Part shown: positions 27,440 to 41,560 of the stretch, piece by piece
Numbering within the stretch: the stretch's first letter is position 1
Layout: each line of letters opens with the position of its first letter
Assembly: GCA_028534125.1 (NCBI GenBank)
Contig: CM052817.1
Span: 77,626,001-77,690,000, forward strand
Direction: 5' to 3'
Source: Lama glama
Lineage: Eukaryota
Length of the DNA stretch: 64,000 bases
Program-made: the position numbers and the translations under genes
The notes under the pieces: model-generated
Seen by the model: the letters and a program-made list of their open reading frames with translations, nothing else
Database searches by the model: none
What the model was told of the DNA's origin: nothing

Positions 27440-30400
27440 ATCTCAAAGAATTTTCCTTTAACAATGCACTCAGTGCAAGGGCTATAAACACAGAGAGAAC
27501 TTCCAATACCTCTAGGTCCAAGAAACACTGAAGAAAAAATGAAGCACTACTATTGTGATTATTTCTTTCACTGTTTATGAGAATATGACAGTGTAAAAAA
27601 ACACAAAGCTGAGGTACCCATCTGCCATAATAAAACAACTGCTACCAGACTTGCCCTCCTGCTGAAAAATATATGAAATAACTAAAGCACAGACAGTCAA
27701 CAGGGGTATACACATGACTGCCTTGTAATAATCTGACTTTCCTCCTGTGGATATTTTCCCGATGAAGAGAAGGCAGGTGGTGCACAAGTAGAGTAACAGT
27801 TCCAAATGGAACCGAATTCAGGGCTTCTAAAGTGTCTGGAATTTGCAAGGTAAAGTACCTGATAAGACAGGCTGTGTTGGGGGAGTGGGGGGTAGGGGTG
27901 TAAAGGGGGAGTGGCAGAAATTGAGTGGCTAATCATTTCAGAGAGGTATTTGGTAAGACTTTAAGAGAGTCTAGCAAAAATTACTTGTTGAAGACTGAAA
28001 GCAGAATGGTAACACCAGATACAAAAATGTTTGAAGACATTGGGGTTCTACTCAGCTAGAGGAGACACATCACTCAGCACCTCAGGCATTCAATTGAGAT
28101 ACAGAAAGGCACTCCTTAGGAGCAAGGACCATACCCTACATTTGGGTGACATTCCCTAAGTCTAAAAAAATTTATAAGTAGGTCCATCCTAACAAATAAT
28201 ACTGAGCCTGACAGAACCAAAAGGATCTTCTAGTAACTTCTAGCACTTCACTGTCTGCAAGAACAAAGGTCAGCCCTGTTTTAAAGGAGGATGATATGAT
28301 CCAAATGCCCTGCAGCAAAACACTCACAATGTCCAGCATACCATAAAAAATCACAACACATGTGAAGAAACAGGAAACTGCAACCCACAACGAAGAGAAA
28401 AAGCAGTCAATGGAAAATGACCCCAAGATGATTCAGATGTTGTAATCAACAAAGACTTCAAAGCAGCTATTATAAATGTAATTAAGGATGTAAAATATGG
28501 TGATAATGAACAGATGGGAATCTCTGTAAAGAAAGAAAAATTGTTAAAAACAACAACAACAAAAAAACCCAAATGGAAATTCTAGAACTGAAAAGTATAA
28601 AGTCTAAAATGAAAAGTTCACTGATGGATTTAACAGCAGTTCGGAAATGGCAGAAGGGTCAGTGAACTTTAAGACAGATGAACAGAAAGAATCTAATCAA
28701 AAGGACTGAGAGGAAAAAAATACATATAGAAAGTTAACAGAGCCTCAGTGTTTTCTGGGACATCAAGTGGTCCAGCGTATATATAATTGGAGTTCAAAGA
28801 GAAGAGAATGGGACAGAAAAAATATTTAAAGACATGACCAAGAACTTCCCAAAGTTAGTGAAAACCTTAAGCACATATACACATAGTGAAAATATCTTTG
28901 AAGAATATAGGCAAAATAAAGGCATTTTCATATGAATGAAATCAGAGATCTGTCATCACCAGACCAGTACTAAAGAAGTGCTAATGGAAGTTCTTCAGCC
29001 TGAAGGGAACAATAATAGAATCTAAGGAAAGGGAGCAGACAGCTTGGAACTTGGCTTGAGCCTAAGCACAAATATATAAAGAATAAGGAAACCTGCTTTA
29101 TTTTTGGAGGAGGAAACACCCTCCTTAAGAAAGGAGGAAGAAAACAAAATGCACCCTGAGATGTTAGATTGAAACTGGAGGTAAGAACTCACCGTTGGTA
29201 ACAGTGTTACAAACAGAGTTACTGTAACAGTTAGATATAGAAATAAATAAAAATTTAGATATATTGTATATACATGTGGTTATTTTCTCCTAGCTCTGTC
29301 TGCTGATAAACTAGTAGCAATGACCACACCTAGTGTCCAGATCCTGGCTTCTAAATACCATCTCTTCCACTGAAAGGAACCAGGGCTTCTTGGGGAAAAT
29401 AATGGTGCTAGGGCTAGGGCAGGGAAAGCATAAAATGAGTCTGGAGCATCTTGTTAAGCAGGTAAAACTTTCAGCTCCCCCAGCAAGCAAGAAATGTCAA
29501 GAGTGATGGGGCATATCAAAAAGACAGAGGAGCTGGCAAATCTGGTGTAATTTGAGAATGTGATTAAAAATAATAACAGAGTATAACTCATTGAACAAAA
29601 TAAAAATCCATGATTCCAAAATGATAGAAATAAATAAATGAATGAGTGAATAAAGAATGCAAAGCTCTTCTTTATATTAGAATGCCAACTAATATACATA
29701 GAAGGTATTACGAGGTTGGAAAATCAGTGTATGACAAAACTGGTAAATGTACATTGATGAGGAATAGAATATTTACACAATATCAAAATATCTCCCCTTA
29801 AGATACCTATTAATTACAATGGGAAAATTGTACATTATAGTGGACATTATTAAAGTGGACACCACTTTAATAACCAAGTTATCAACTTTAACATCATCAA
29901 CAGGTGGGTAAAGTAACATCATATGCTACCTGATAATATATACTAAGAAGGTCTGTAGTATAACAAAAATATACGTATTTGGTCTTTGTTCCCAGTTCCT
30001 GGCATAAAGCTCCTCAAACCCTTAACATTTCATGAGTGATAGGAGAGTCTTTTTTATTCATAACAAGTTCCTTACAATCACATCTGAGTTCATGCTTATG
30101 ACAAGATTTATAGAGGAGAGGGCCTCAAATAGCTTCAGGATGAGCTGGCTTCAGGAAAACCAATCAAGTGATTAGCAGATTAGAACTTTTGGCCCCACCA
30201 CTGACCTCTGGACAGGGAAGTGGGGCTGGAGATTGAGTCCAATCACCAATAACCAATGATTTACTCAATCATGCCTACATAACACAGAAAACAATCAGGT
30301 TTGCAGGAACTTTCGAGTTGGTGAAGTTATCTATGTGCTGGGATGGTGGTGTACTGCCCTCTGGAGAAGGCATGGATGTTTTGTGTCCCCCACCTCTCAC

Positions 30401-31320
30401 TCCTTGACCTATGTATCTCTTCCATTTGGCTATTCTGAATTGTATCCTTAATAATAAAATTGTAATTTTAAGTATAGTGATTTCTTGAGTTCTCTAAGTA
30501 ATTCTAGCAAATTATTAAAACTAAGCAGGGAACCCCTGAATTTGTAGTTGGCCAGACATAAGTGTGATCAGCCTGGGGATCCTATTTGTGGTTGACATCT
30601 GAAGTGGGAATAATACCATGGGACTGAGTCCCTAACCTGTGGATTCTGCGCTAACTCCAGGTAGCTAGTGTCAGAATTGAGTTGGATTGTGGGACACCCT
30701 GGCTGGTGTAAGAGAAGTGAAGAATTAAGTGACTGTTGTTTGGAAAACCAAACAAGAGCTCAAGATCAACATCTGTGGTATTCCTGCCAAAAGTGCCTAA
30801 CTTGAATCTATTCAAGGAAAACACTCAACAAGATAAGGCCTGTATTCTTCCAAAACATATGTCAAGAATGAGAAACACTGAGAAACTATTCCAGATTTAA
30901 TGGAGACTAAAGAGATATGACAAGTATATGCAATATATAATCCTGAACCGGAGCCCTGATAGAGGGAAAAAATAACTCTAAAGGGCATTCACAGAACAAC
31001 TGACCAAATCTGACTATGGACTGTTAGGTAATAGTTTGTATCATGAAACTTCCAGATTTTGATAAATGTATCACAATTGTGTGAGAGAATATTCCTGTTA
31101 GAAATTACATACTGAAATATTTAGTAAAACTATCTCCAAATGGTTCAGAAAAATAATATGCATATGTTACTTACACACATTATACATAGAAAAAGAGAAT
31201 AATAAAGCAAATGGGGCAAAATATAAACAACGGGAGAATCTAAGTAAAAGGTGTACAGAAGTTTCTTATACTGGTCTTGCAACTTTATTTAAAGTTTGAA
31301 GTGACATAACAATAAAAATA
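27440..31320 (+). mobile_element. Old L1MC/MD-like element (5'/ORF1 remnants and 3' UTR), interrupted by an LTR
   Basis: ORF1-like AAAGACTTCAAAGCAGCTATTATAAAT and AAATGGAAATTCTAGAACTGAAAAG; 3' UTR CTGTGGTATTCCTGCCAAAA...ACTTTATTTAAAGTTTGAA; boundaries approximate. Confidence 0.75.
29954..30753 (+). mobile_element. MER21-like solo LTR nested in L1
   Basis: TG start; TCAATCATGCCTACATAA, CCTAACCTGTGGATTCTGCGCTAACTCCAGGTAG..TAGTGTCAGAATTGA; L1 3' UTR resumes after it. Confidence 0.8.
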
Positions 31321-31879
31321 ATAGGAAACAACACAGCAGGCTTACCAAATTATATGCTAGTTTTCTTCCACAGAGTGGAATACCTAAAGATTATTAGAAC
31401 ACTGGAAAAAAATACAGCAGTTCCCAAATGTGTTCCTTGGGGCACAATTATACCATGACAAATTTATCAAAATTAAAACAGTTGCTCTTGTCATTTCTTT
31501 CCTAAAATTCATTTTGGAAATAATTCTAATTACTAGAAATTCACTTGAGTAGAAAGTGAGACCTGCAGGGTGAAAGATGGAGAAGATTTATTTACCTGGA
31601 GAAAGACTGAAAACAGTGGGGATGGGAGGAGTAGCAGCTGTAGCCGGAAGGCCACGTGGGTGGCAATGTGACCCTTCCCCAAGACCCTCTTTTTTCTCCC
31701 TAGAAATCACGGTATCCAGGGAGTGGTTGTTCCATGGAAATAGGAGAAGAGTCCAAGTTTTGCATTCCAGTTGACTTAGGAAAAATGGTTACTTAGACAA
31801 TATAAATCCTTTGACATAGGAAATCTTGAGGAGGCTTAAGGCTTCCAAAGGACATGGAACCAGGAGGCTCAAGGCCATC

Positions 31880-32382
31880 TGTGATGATTAATTTTATGTG
31901 TCAACTTGAGGATAAAACATTATTTCTGTGTGTGTCTGTGAGGATGTCTCCAGAAGAGATGAGCATTTGAATCACTAGAATGAGTCAAGATCATCAATGC
32001 TGGTGGGCATCATCTAATTCCTTGAGCGCTTGAACAGAACAAAAAGGCAGAGGAAGGGCAAATTTGCTCTCTGCTTGACCTGAGACATCCATCTTCTCCT
32101 GGTCTCCTGCCTCATCCATTAGAGATCCTAGTTCTGAAGCTTTGGGACTCAGACCCAGACCAGAGTTACATCACTATTCAACCTCCCCACCCCCTGCCCC
32201 GATTCTTAGGTCTCCAGACTCTGAATTACACCATCAATTTTCCAGCTTACAGATGACAGCCAGACCATGGAAGTTCTGGGGATCTATAACCAAGTGAGCT
32301 AATTCTTATATCATAATCTCTTCTTATTTATCTATATATCTATATATCTCCTCCTGGTTATGTTTTTCTGAAGAACCCACAA
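31880..32382 (+). mobile_element. MLT2-type ERVL solo LTR
   Basis: TGTGATGATTAATTTTATGTGTCAACTTGA start; GAACAAAAAGGCAGAGGAAGGG; end TTTTTCTGAAGAACCC. Confidence 0.88.
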
Positions 32383-33627
32383 TCTGATCTAGATATTGAA
32401 TGATACCTAGTTTTCATATATAAGGAAAATGCCAAACATTTATATAGTTTTTTGATTATTATGTATTAATATCTTATTACTAATAAATGTGGTGCCACAT
32501 TCAACAAAGTTATATAAATGACGGGATGATGCAGGAGATGATGTGTGACTGAACAGCATTGGTATTTGAGGTCTAAGCTTTGGATTTTGCTTTATATTTT
32601 AAATACATGAATGTATTGTTTTATTAGTAATAAAAGAGTTGAAAACCCAACTTTATAACATTCTGTTACAAAATTTTAAGAAGTAAATCAAATGTTTACC
32701 ATTTCTTACAATGTATTTATCTAGGAGACTATTTTTTCACTCTTAGTTTTAATCTGAGCTCTATTATATTTCATGACCACCTCTTGGTTTTCTATCGCTA
32801 CATTACAACTTTAAAAGCATTCTGTGGTCAGATAAGCTTAAGAAATATTGCTTATCAGTGTTATTTTATGGCCATATGTAAAGAAAGAGGACTCAGAAAG
32901 CATAGACTCAGAAAGCATAGTTTTTTTTCATTCTGACTATTTTCACAAAAGGCTATGAGACAGTGTTTTGACTATTAAGATTATGAGTGGGCTGAGTAAT
33001 GAATTATCCACTAGCCAAGTCACTTCCACTTGTTAACACCAATGTAAGTTATGTCACAGATCAACCCCGTGACTTCTAATGAAATTCCTGGGACAGGAAT
33101 AACTTCTGCAAGGCCATTACAAACACGGATCAAGGGTGTTAAGAGTGAAGCAGCAACATGAGGAATCCACAGGCTAAGAGGCTTCCCCCTGGGGGCACGG
33201 CAAATCAAGGACCGTGGGTCTATTTTAGACAACAGGACAAGAATTAAATCATTACTAGCTGCAAAACAAAAATGGCACCTTCAAAACTCTAAAGATGGTA
33301 AGCAGACTAAACAAAATGCATATAAGTGAAGAAATTTTCAGGCTGAGAAACTCAGGACTACGCAGACAAATGAAGGCTTTCTCAGCAAAGCTGAACCATA
33401 TTTATGGTCCTACCATACTTGGGACTATAGTGCCATTGAAAAGCGGAAACCCAGCTGTCACCTAAGACAGGAGCGGAATTCTGCAAATTTGGCAGCAATC
33501 CTTCAGCTGTGTCTTTAATACCCCTCTGGAGGCTGCTATGGTGTGATGTTACCACAGAGCTCAAAGAGGTCATGGAGACAGCCCCATGAAGAATCAAAAT
33601 GGAAAAAACTGTTTGTAGAGAACAGAT

Positions 33628-33727
33628 NNNNNNNNNNNNNNNNNNNNNNNNNNNNNNNNNNNNNNNNNNNNNNNNNNNNNNNNNNNNNNNNNNNNNNNNN
33701 NNNNNNNNNNNNNNNNNNNNNNNNNNN
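33628..33727. other. Assembly gap (100 N)
   Basis: Run of exactly 100 N, flanked by a 173-bp near-identical duplication. Confidence 0.99.
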
Positions 33728-33904
33728 CTGTCACCTAAGACAGGAGCGGAATTCTGCAAATTTGGCAGCAATCCTTCAGCTGTGTCCTTAATACCCCTCT
33801 GGAGGCTGCTATGGTGTGATGTTACTACAGAGCTCAAAGAGGTCATGGAGACAGCCCCATGAAGAATCAAAATGGAAAAAACTGTTTGTAGAGAACAGAT
33901 TCTG

Positions 33905-34330
33905 AAAAACATCTCCCAATTTAACCTATCTGAACCATCACATCTCCCCGCAGATTCCTGCCATCGGTATTCCTCACCAGTTACCATTATTCACCCAACT
34001 TCACAACCTGAGTCATCTCCAACTCCTCTTTTCTCCTCATTTCCATCTTCTATTAGCTGCTGAGTCTAGCAGGTTCAACTTCATCTGAAATCCATTTGCT
34101 CTATTTGATATTGAAGGCCAGCGCCCTGGTTCAGGTCTTAACTTACTCAGACTATTAAAATAATCTATCTTCCCAGTGTCCAGGATTTTCCCCTCATTCA
34201 TTTTATGACCACTATAAAATTCATCTTTCTAAAACACAGTCAGAATCAAATCACCTTCAATTATTCCTCATGGCTCTGAATCACACACATACTCCTCAGC
34301 CTGGAATTAAAGACCCCAGTAATCGCCAGT
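33905..34330 (+). mobile_element. L2 fragment
   Basis: Pyrimidine-rich degenerate L2 sequence (AACCTGAGTCATC...ATCTTTCTAAAACACAGTCAGAATCA). Confidence 0.5.
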
Positions 34331-35475
34331 AGCTCCTCAACACCTAAACTGTCTATTATGCACACATTTCCATACAAGCACCACATGGTCCAACTTCCTG
34401 TCTCCTCTTCAAATTCCTCTTCACATTTGGATCTCACTGTGCACACAACTCAATCTATTCAGGTCTTATCCATTTTCCAGGGTCTTTATCAAGCACTGCT
34501 TCCTCAAAGAAACCTCTCTCCATCTCCCCAATTAGATGTGATCTCCTTCCCTGAACCTAACACATTTTCCCTGGCATCTATTATGACCTGCTTTCTATTC
34601 TACTTACTTATCTTTACTACTATAATTTTCTCTCAATCAATATTTATAAATACAGTATTTCTATGTGCCAGGCACTATATTAGGCATCAGGAATACAAGG
34701 GTGAATAAAATAGCTATGACTTCTCAAATTACACAGCAGAGCCTCAAGCTGGCAATACTATGGAAACTTTACTACAATAGAGTTAGAAAAATTATTCTAT
34801 TAAAGTGGTAGAACATAATTCATAAACATACCAAGTGTCATTCAATTAAGATACTTTGTTTAAAATCTCTATTAATAAAATAATAATTTTAAATAAGAAA
34901 TCTGAAGAATCATACAGTGCAATTTTTAAGTCCATAATTAAAGGCCTGTTCATAACTGAACCAAAAGTGGAAGAACTATCGAATCTTCCCATTGAATTAT
35001 TTTTGGGCAAAAATTTCCATTTTTTGAAGACATCCATAAATTTATTTGTTTAATAAAAGAAATGAAAAGAAAAGGATGGAAAGAAAGACAATCAGATTTT
35101 GGTATCAATGGGGCTTCAAATGAATGAATATGATTAACGGAGTAAGTGAATTTTAGAAGGTTTGGTTTTCTGACTATTTTGGGACCTATCATTTTGGAAT
35201 CTGAGTAAAATCGTCAGAAGTTCATGTGGAGATAGCACAGATAGAGATGTGTATAGTGATCAGGTAAAAAGATGAAAGCATACAACTATGAGATGAGCCA
35301 TGCTAAGTTATCATTAAAGAGAAAAACAAGACAAGATTTCTCTCAGGCTCTTATTCTTGACTTAGCCATCAGTGAAGGAATTCTGGCATTTAAAAGATGG
35401 GAAAGTTCCTACCATACATTCTCATTTTAAGTAAGTATGCAAATTAGTACATCTCATTCTCAAAACTCCCCATTA

Positions 35476-36279
<804 letters not shown>

Positions 36280-36939
36280 TTATTTAGGACAATTTTATTT
36301 GGAAAAACTGTGACGGACAATTGCTTCAATGAAAATTTTAATGAGGTCTGACTCCTATATACATATATTTTCAGATACATGTTTTACAACACATCAAGTG
36401 TCAAGTCTGCTCCTCTTACAATCAGTTTGCATTAAAGTAAAAAAAATATAAAATCTGACAAGTCTTAGGAGAACATAAAAGTGGAAAATAATCTGCTATT
36501 TAAAATGCACCTTGTTCTGAAGTTGAATATTTTTAAAAATTTACCTAAATTTGGCTAGCCAATATGCTTAACTTTTAGATAGTTTTTATCTATAGCACTA
36601 TATATAGATTATATTTAGAAAGGGAAAAGGAAAATGTAAACAATTTGATCTGGTATGTGGTAGAAAGATAGACTTCTATTAGTATCATCCTAATAATGCT
36701 TGTTCAAGTAATGGTAAAATGATGATCTCTTCTTCTGTATTATCTACTCCTTTCAAAAAGGGCGAAAATTAAAAATTAGGCAATAACTAGCCTAAAGAAT
36801 TCAGGCCAAGAGGAATGAAATTATTTATGTTGTTAATGTGCCAACCTATGAAGAAATCTAGCTGAGCTAAAGCCTTCACAGTAGGTGATTTTTTAAAATA
36901 AATATACCAGATCATACACATCAAAATGATTATTGTTCA

Positions 36940-37260
36940 ATTCAAGTAATTCCACTTGGAAAGATGTAATCTTACACCAATTGATGGTGCTATTACGTTA
37001 GACATTTTGGAACTCTTCTTCTGAAACTAGCTTCTAAAAGAAATTAATAAGTCATATAGGAATATTAGTTTTATCTAAAAGTTAGATCTTGTTTTTCACT
37101 AAGCCTTCCTCTCAAAACAAGCAAAACCGCAACAAATCTGAAGAAACAGCTAACTTAATATGTATCTTAAGGATTAGACTTGATTTTTTCCAGAACTAAA
37201 ATTTACTTCCAAAAGACAAAAACTTGCTACCACTGAGGATATTTAAAAGAACTGGTCTTA
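36940..37260. mobile_element. MARNA-like mariner fossil
   Basis: CATTTTGGAACTCTTCTTCTGAAA and TTGCTACCACTGAGGATATTTAAAAGAA. Confidence 0.5.
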
Positions 37261-37319
37261 TAGAGCAATGCAGCCTGCACTCCACGGTGGCTTATTGATC
37301 ATTTTCACCAAACAGCCAG

Positions 37320-37720
37320 GATGAAAAAGTTGGACAATGCACCGTTTTGGAAAGTGTCAGGACACAGACACTCTCCAATCCTTCTGGCTGCTGTAAAAAT
37401 TGGTATCACCTCTTTGGAAGGCAAGTAGGCGATAATCACCTCTTCAGAAGGCAAGCAGGCAACATCTAAAGAGTTTTAAAATACATTTATCCTTTGTTTC
37501 AGAGGTTTTTCACATGTGGCAAAGGAAGCACCGGGACATTTATTTACTGTGGTATTGCTTGTTATAGCAAAGATAAGCAGCAACCTAATACCACCTATAG
37601 AAGGGGGGCAAATCATGTCACGGCACATTTATAAATGTAACATTAGGCAGACGTTAAAAAATGGTCATAGGTACCGATATCAATGATGATTTGAATTATA
37701 ATTAAGTGAAAAAAGATGCA
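37320..37720 (+). mobile_element. Old L1M ORF2 3' fragment
   Basis: GTAAAAATTGGTATCACCTCTTTGGAAGGCAA...TTGCTTGTTATAGCAAAAGAT..GCAACCTAA. Confidence 0.55.
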
Positions 37721-38464
37721 GAAAGAGAAGAGTTTGCCATTTTTCGGAGTCTCTACTAAGTCTTACACTTATGGAATGTTCCCTTAAATATTTTATTTTG
37801 ACAAGCAATCTATTGTTTGTTAAATATCCCTGAAATGGTACTGATCTAGAATGAAATGGGTCAAAAAAAAAAAAAAAGATAACACAGATGTTATCAGGAT
37901 TACCTCAGGATTATCCAATAATTCCAAGTGTTAGATACAGTTATAAATTTTAAAGCTTTCTTTAAAAAGCAATGTAGTAGGTAAATAGACTGCATAGCTC
38001 TCCAGTGTGTACCTACAGCACAGAGTTTTTAAAAATATAATTGTCCTAATGTTTTATAAATGCATGCTGTGGCTTGGGACAAAGTTTCCAGTGATGAGAG
38101 CAGACAATGATGTTAAAATAATGCTGTATCTCAAAGACTTCAATAGAAATGAGGGGACATACTTTGGAAAGCACTAACTTAATCAAAATCATGGTAGTGT
38201 GGCAAAGACACTGATGTCAGAAATGCATGTGAATCTGTCAGAAATGTACAGGAAGCATCTGAATAAAGTTGTTTTGTAAAATGTAAAGAAAAAAGCAATA
38301 TGTTTAAATCAAGATATCTCACGTGATTTAAAAATACATGTATATAACTTAAATTGTCAAATCAATATAAAAATAGGCATTTTAACTATTTCAGCTACAA
38401 ACCTAAAACCTCAACTTATTTCTTCTCATTGGAAACTGGTGATCAGCTTTTTAATTTTTTAATC

Positions 38465-39300
38465 AAACCACCTACTTGATCACTCCATGTGAATGTCTAA
38501 ACAGACACCTTAAAATGGTGACATCAGAATTCTAATGCCTGACCTGTCACCTTGCTCCAGCCTCACTCCCTGCCAGTCCTCCTCATATGAATAAATAGCA
38601 CCATCACTGCCCTAGTTACTCAACCAAACATCAAGGAGTTACTCTGAATTTCTGTTTCCTGTAACTCTCACATCCAATCCAGCAGCCAAGTCCTGTCAAC
38701 TCAACTTCCAAAACCTTATACCCCAATCTGTTCATTTCTATCTCCTGTAATACCTCCCTGGTCCAATGGACTATGGCCACAGCCCCTTAACTAGTCTATT
38801 ACACTGGTCTCCTTTCAATCCATTCTCCATACAGCAACCAAAATAATCTTTGAACAAAGAAAACCTTAACATCTTAACTATCCTTCTTGGCTCCCCACTG
38901 ACTTGAGAATAAAACCCAAACTCCTTCAACCCCCTACCACAGTCCCCCTCACCCACGCTGACCCCTGGGTGCTCCTCAACCACACCAAACTCAACGGCGC
39001 CCAGTCTGGAATGCTCTCCTCACCTGTGCCTGGCTGAGCACAGCTCCCTCATCCCCTGCGCATACAGGCCTTCCTTGATTACTCCACCTCAAGTGGCCCC
39101 GGCATATTCTGTTCCGCCCCCAACACTATCTGATCTTATTCTTGTCTATTTTTCTTGCTTATTAATCTGTTGGTTTATTGTCTGTTTCCTCCAAGTAGAT
39201 GTAAATTCATAGTTGTCTGTCTTGTTGGTGACTGCCTCACTGTCCTCAGAAAAAGCCTGTCATGTAGTATATCCTCGATAAATATTTGAGTGAATGAAAA
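38465..39300 (+). mobile_element. L2 LINE 3' region
   Basis: CACATCCAATCCAGCAGCCAAGTCCTGTCAAC...CCAGTCTGGAATGCTCT...ATAAATATTTGAGTGAATGAA terminus. Confidence 0.82.
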
Positions 39301-41417
39301 AATAAATAAAGGCTCCCACATTAATCGCATTAGAAAGGGCAATGATCTTTTGCATATCTGAACGCTGGAATATTTGTTACAGAAAATCAACACTGTGCTT
39401 TGGCTATTAACGTTCATTATCCCTTGGGTGTAAGCCTCATAGCTGACCATGGCTAATATCCCCTCACACACCCTGCAGGGCCTAATCTATGTCTGAAGCA
39501 GAGCCACTGCCCCCAAATTCTTTGTTAGGTGATTTGTATTATTATATTTAATTGTCTCACAAGTGTTTCATTTCTAGATATTTCCTTGGAGAGATGAACT
39601 CAGTATTAAATGACACAGGAAAAGTACATCTAGTATAGTCAGTCATTCAGTCACTACCAGTCATGGGAGGAAGGGTTTTCTGATGACCACATTATTGATT
39701 ATCTGAGTCCCTGTAGATACAGGCCTGCTCAGGAAAACACGTTGTCATAACATCAAAACAATCACCTATAATCCAACCACAAATAAAATTAAATCGTCTC
39801 TCACGTGTCTCCCCCTTCAGGCAGCCCTTGAGGTTTTGCAGTGCATGACCTATGTCGCTGTATGACATGGGCCTTCCTCCTTAAGACTGATGTCTATCAT
39901 CTCCTTTTCATTGTTTTTTAATGTTTCAGTCTCAGCAAATACAAATCACCTGCAGACTGAAATTTAAATTCTTACATAAGATACAGAATTTCTAGTAGAT
40001 AAAAGTGATGTTGAGAACTGTTCTAATATTCCATGAAGCCACTGATAATTAAGGGTTATGCCCAATTAAAGACCAGACAACAATTAAAAGAAGAATCAAC
40101 AAGGCCAATAACATAATAAATAACTGCAAAGAGAATTCTCTTCAAATAACTACATTAAGAAAGACTCTTCAAATTCTCTTCAAATAACTAGATTAAGAAA
40201 GGCTTTTGGAAAAACTGATGAAGTCTTCAAATATTAATTCAAAAAAACTATCTTGGGGGAAAAAAGAAACTCTCCTTATGATTACACTGCATAAGTCAAA
40301 CAAGAAGTAAACATACTGTTCACGGTATTGTCTAGTCAGAAAATTGTTTATTCTGCAAATTAGCCTGGAGTTTTTATTATAACCTAAATTTTATTAAATC
40401 TAAAATAAGATAAATTTACTTTCATAACTTATAGTTCCATTTTTCAAGATAAAGTTCCAATTGAAACTTTTCACTGATATTTTACCAGTTTAATTGAATT
40501 CACTTTTAAGTGTCCTTTTTTTCTAGAGTGAATTAGTTTCATGAAGACCCTTGAGTGTGTCTGGGACTATGGTGGACATGAGGGAGGCAGGACTGAGCAA
40601 ACCCAGGCAAATCACAGAGTCACTTCTCCTCCCCAAAGTGAAGTTTATATTGTGTCCTGAAGTTAATTTATATACATCCTGAATTCTTCTGTCATATGAA
40701 GTTATATGTAACTGCATACAAATGAATAAAGATGGAAAGATGGACATGTCAAATACGAGGGTAAAAATACCAGATGGGATTCAAGAAACTTGGTTTCTGA
40801 CGGGACAAATCACTCCTGTGGCCTGGGATAGGATCTCTACTTTCCCTCCTTTCTCTTCTTTGATTCTGTGAGGTTTTGAAAAGTATTTACATTAGTGATA
40901 TTGGAAGGGGGAAAAAGCACTATTCTGTTTAAACCTATTTTCTACATTATGCAGCTAAATTAAATGGTTGAACCAAACACATTCTGCTAGTTGGTAGCAA
41001 GACCAGGAATCAAATCCAGGTCTCCTAATCCAGGTTTTACGGCCTACAAGAATGTAAAAGTTCTCAGAACATTGATGCTTATTATGAAGAAAACACACCA
41101 TGACATCTAGCTGCATCTGAAAGAGTCAAAATCAAATTTAAACACACAGGGCAAAAAGAGAATAAAATCACTAATAATAACACATTCTCTAACTTAATTC
41201 TTTCTGTGTCCAGATCATAAAATAATGGCACACTAAACCACTGAGGTAAAAACACGGCCTCAAGGGACTCAGAGAACAAAGATTCTTAACGACAGTGTCT
41301 TGAAAAAAATCTGACTGAATCCCATGTCTACCTGAAAACAGGCCATGGTTTATAAAACTAAAAAGATGCACTGAAAAGAATGTATAATAAATGTGTTAAA
41401 GAAAAGAGTAATTCTTA

Positions 41418-41560
41418 CGGCTGCTAGATTTGGCAAATAAAAATACAGGACACCGAGTTAAAGTTGAGTTGCAGATTAAAAAATGAATAATTCTTTAGTA
41501 TAAGTAGTATATAAAATTCAGATTTTACTGGGTGTCTTGTATTTTAGTTGGCCACATTAG
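41418..41560. mobile_element. MER53-like palindromic DNA transposon
   Basis: AGATTTGGCAAATAAAAATACAGGACACCGAGTTAAAGTTGA...ATTCAGATTTTACTGGGTGTCTTGTATTTT inverted arms. Confidence 0.8.

Noticed and set aside
27879..27909. G-quadruplex motif in intron 2
   Set aside because: Lies within an old L1 fragment, where G-rich tracts are commonplace.
33382..33987. 201-aa ORF with an internal repeat
   Set aside because: Produced by the N gap and the duplicated contig ends.
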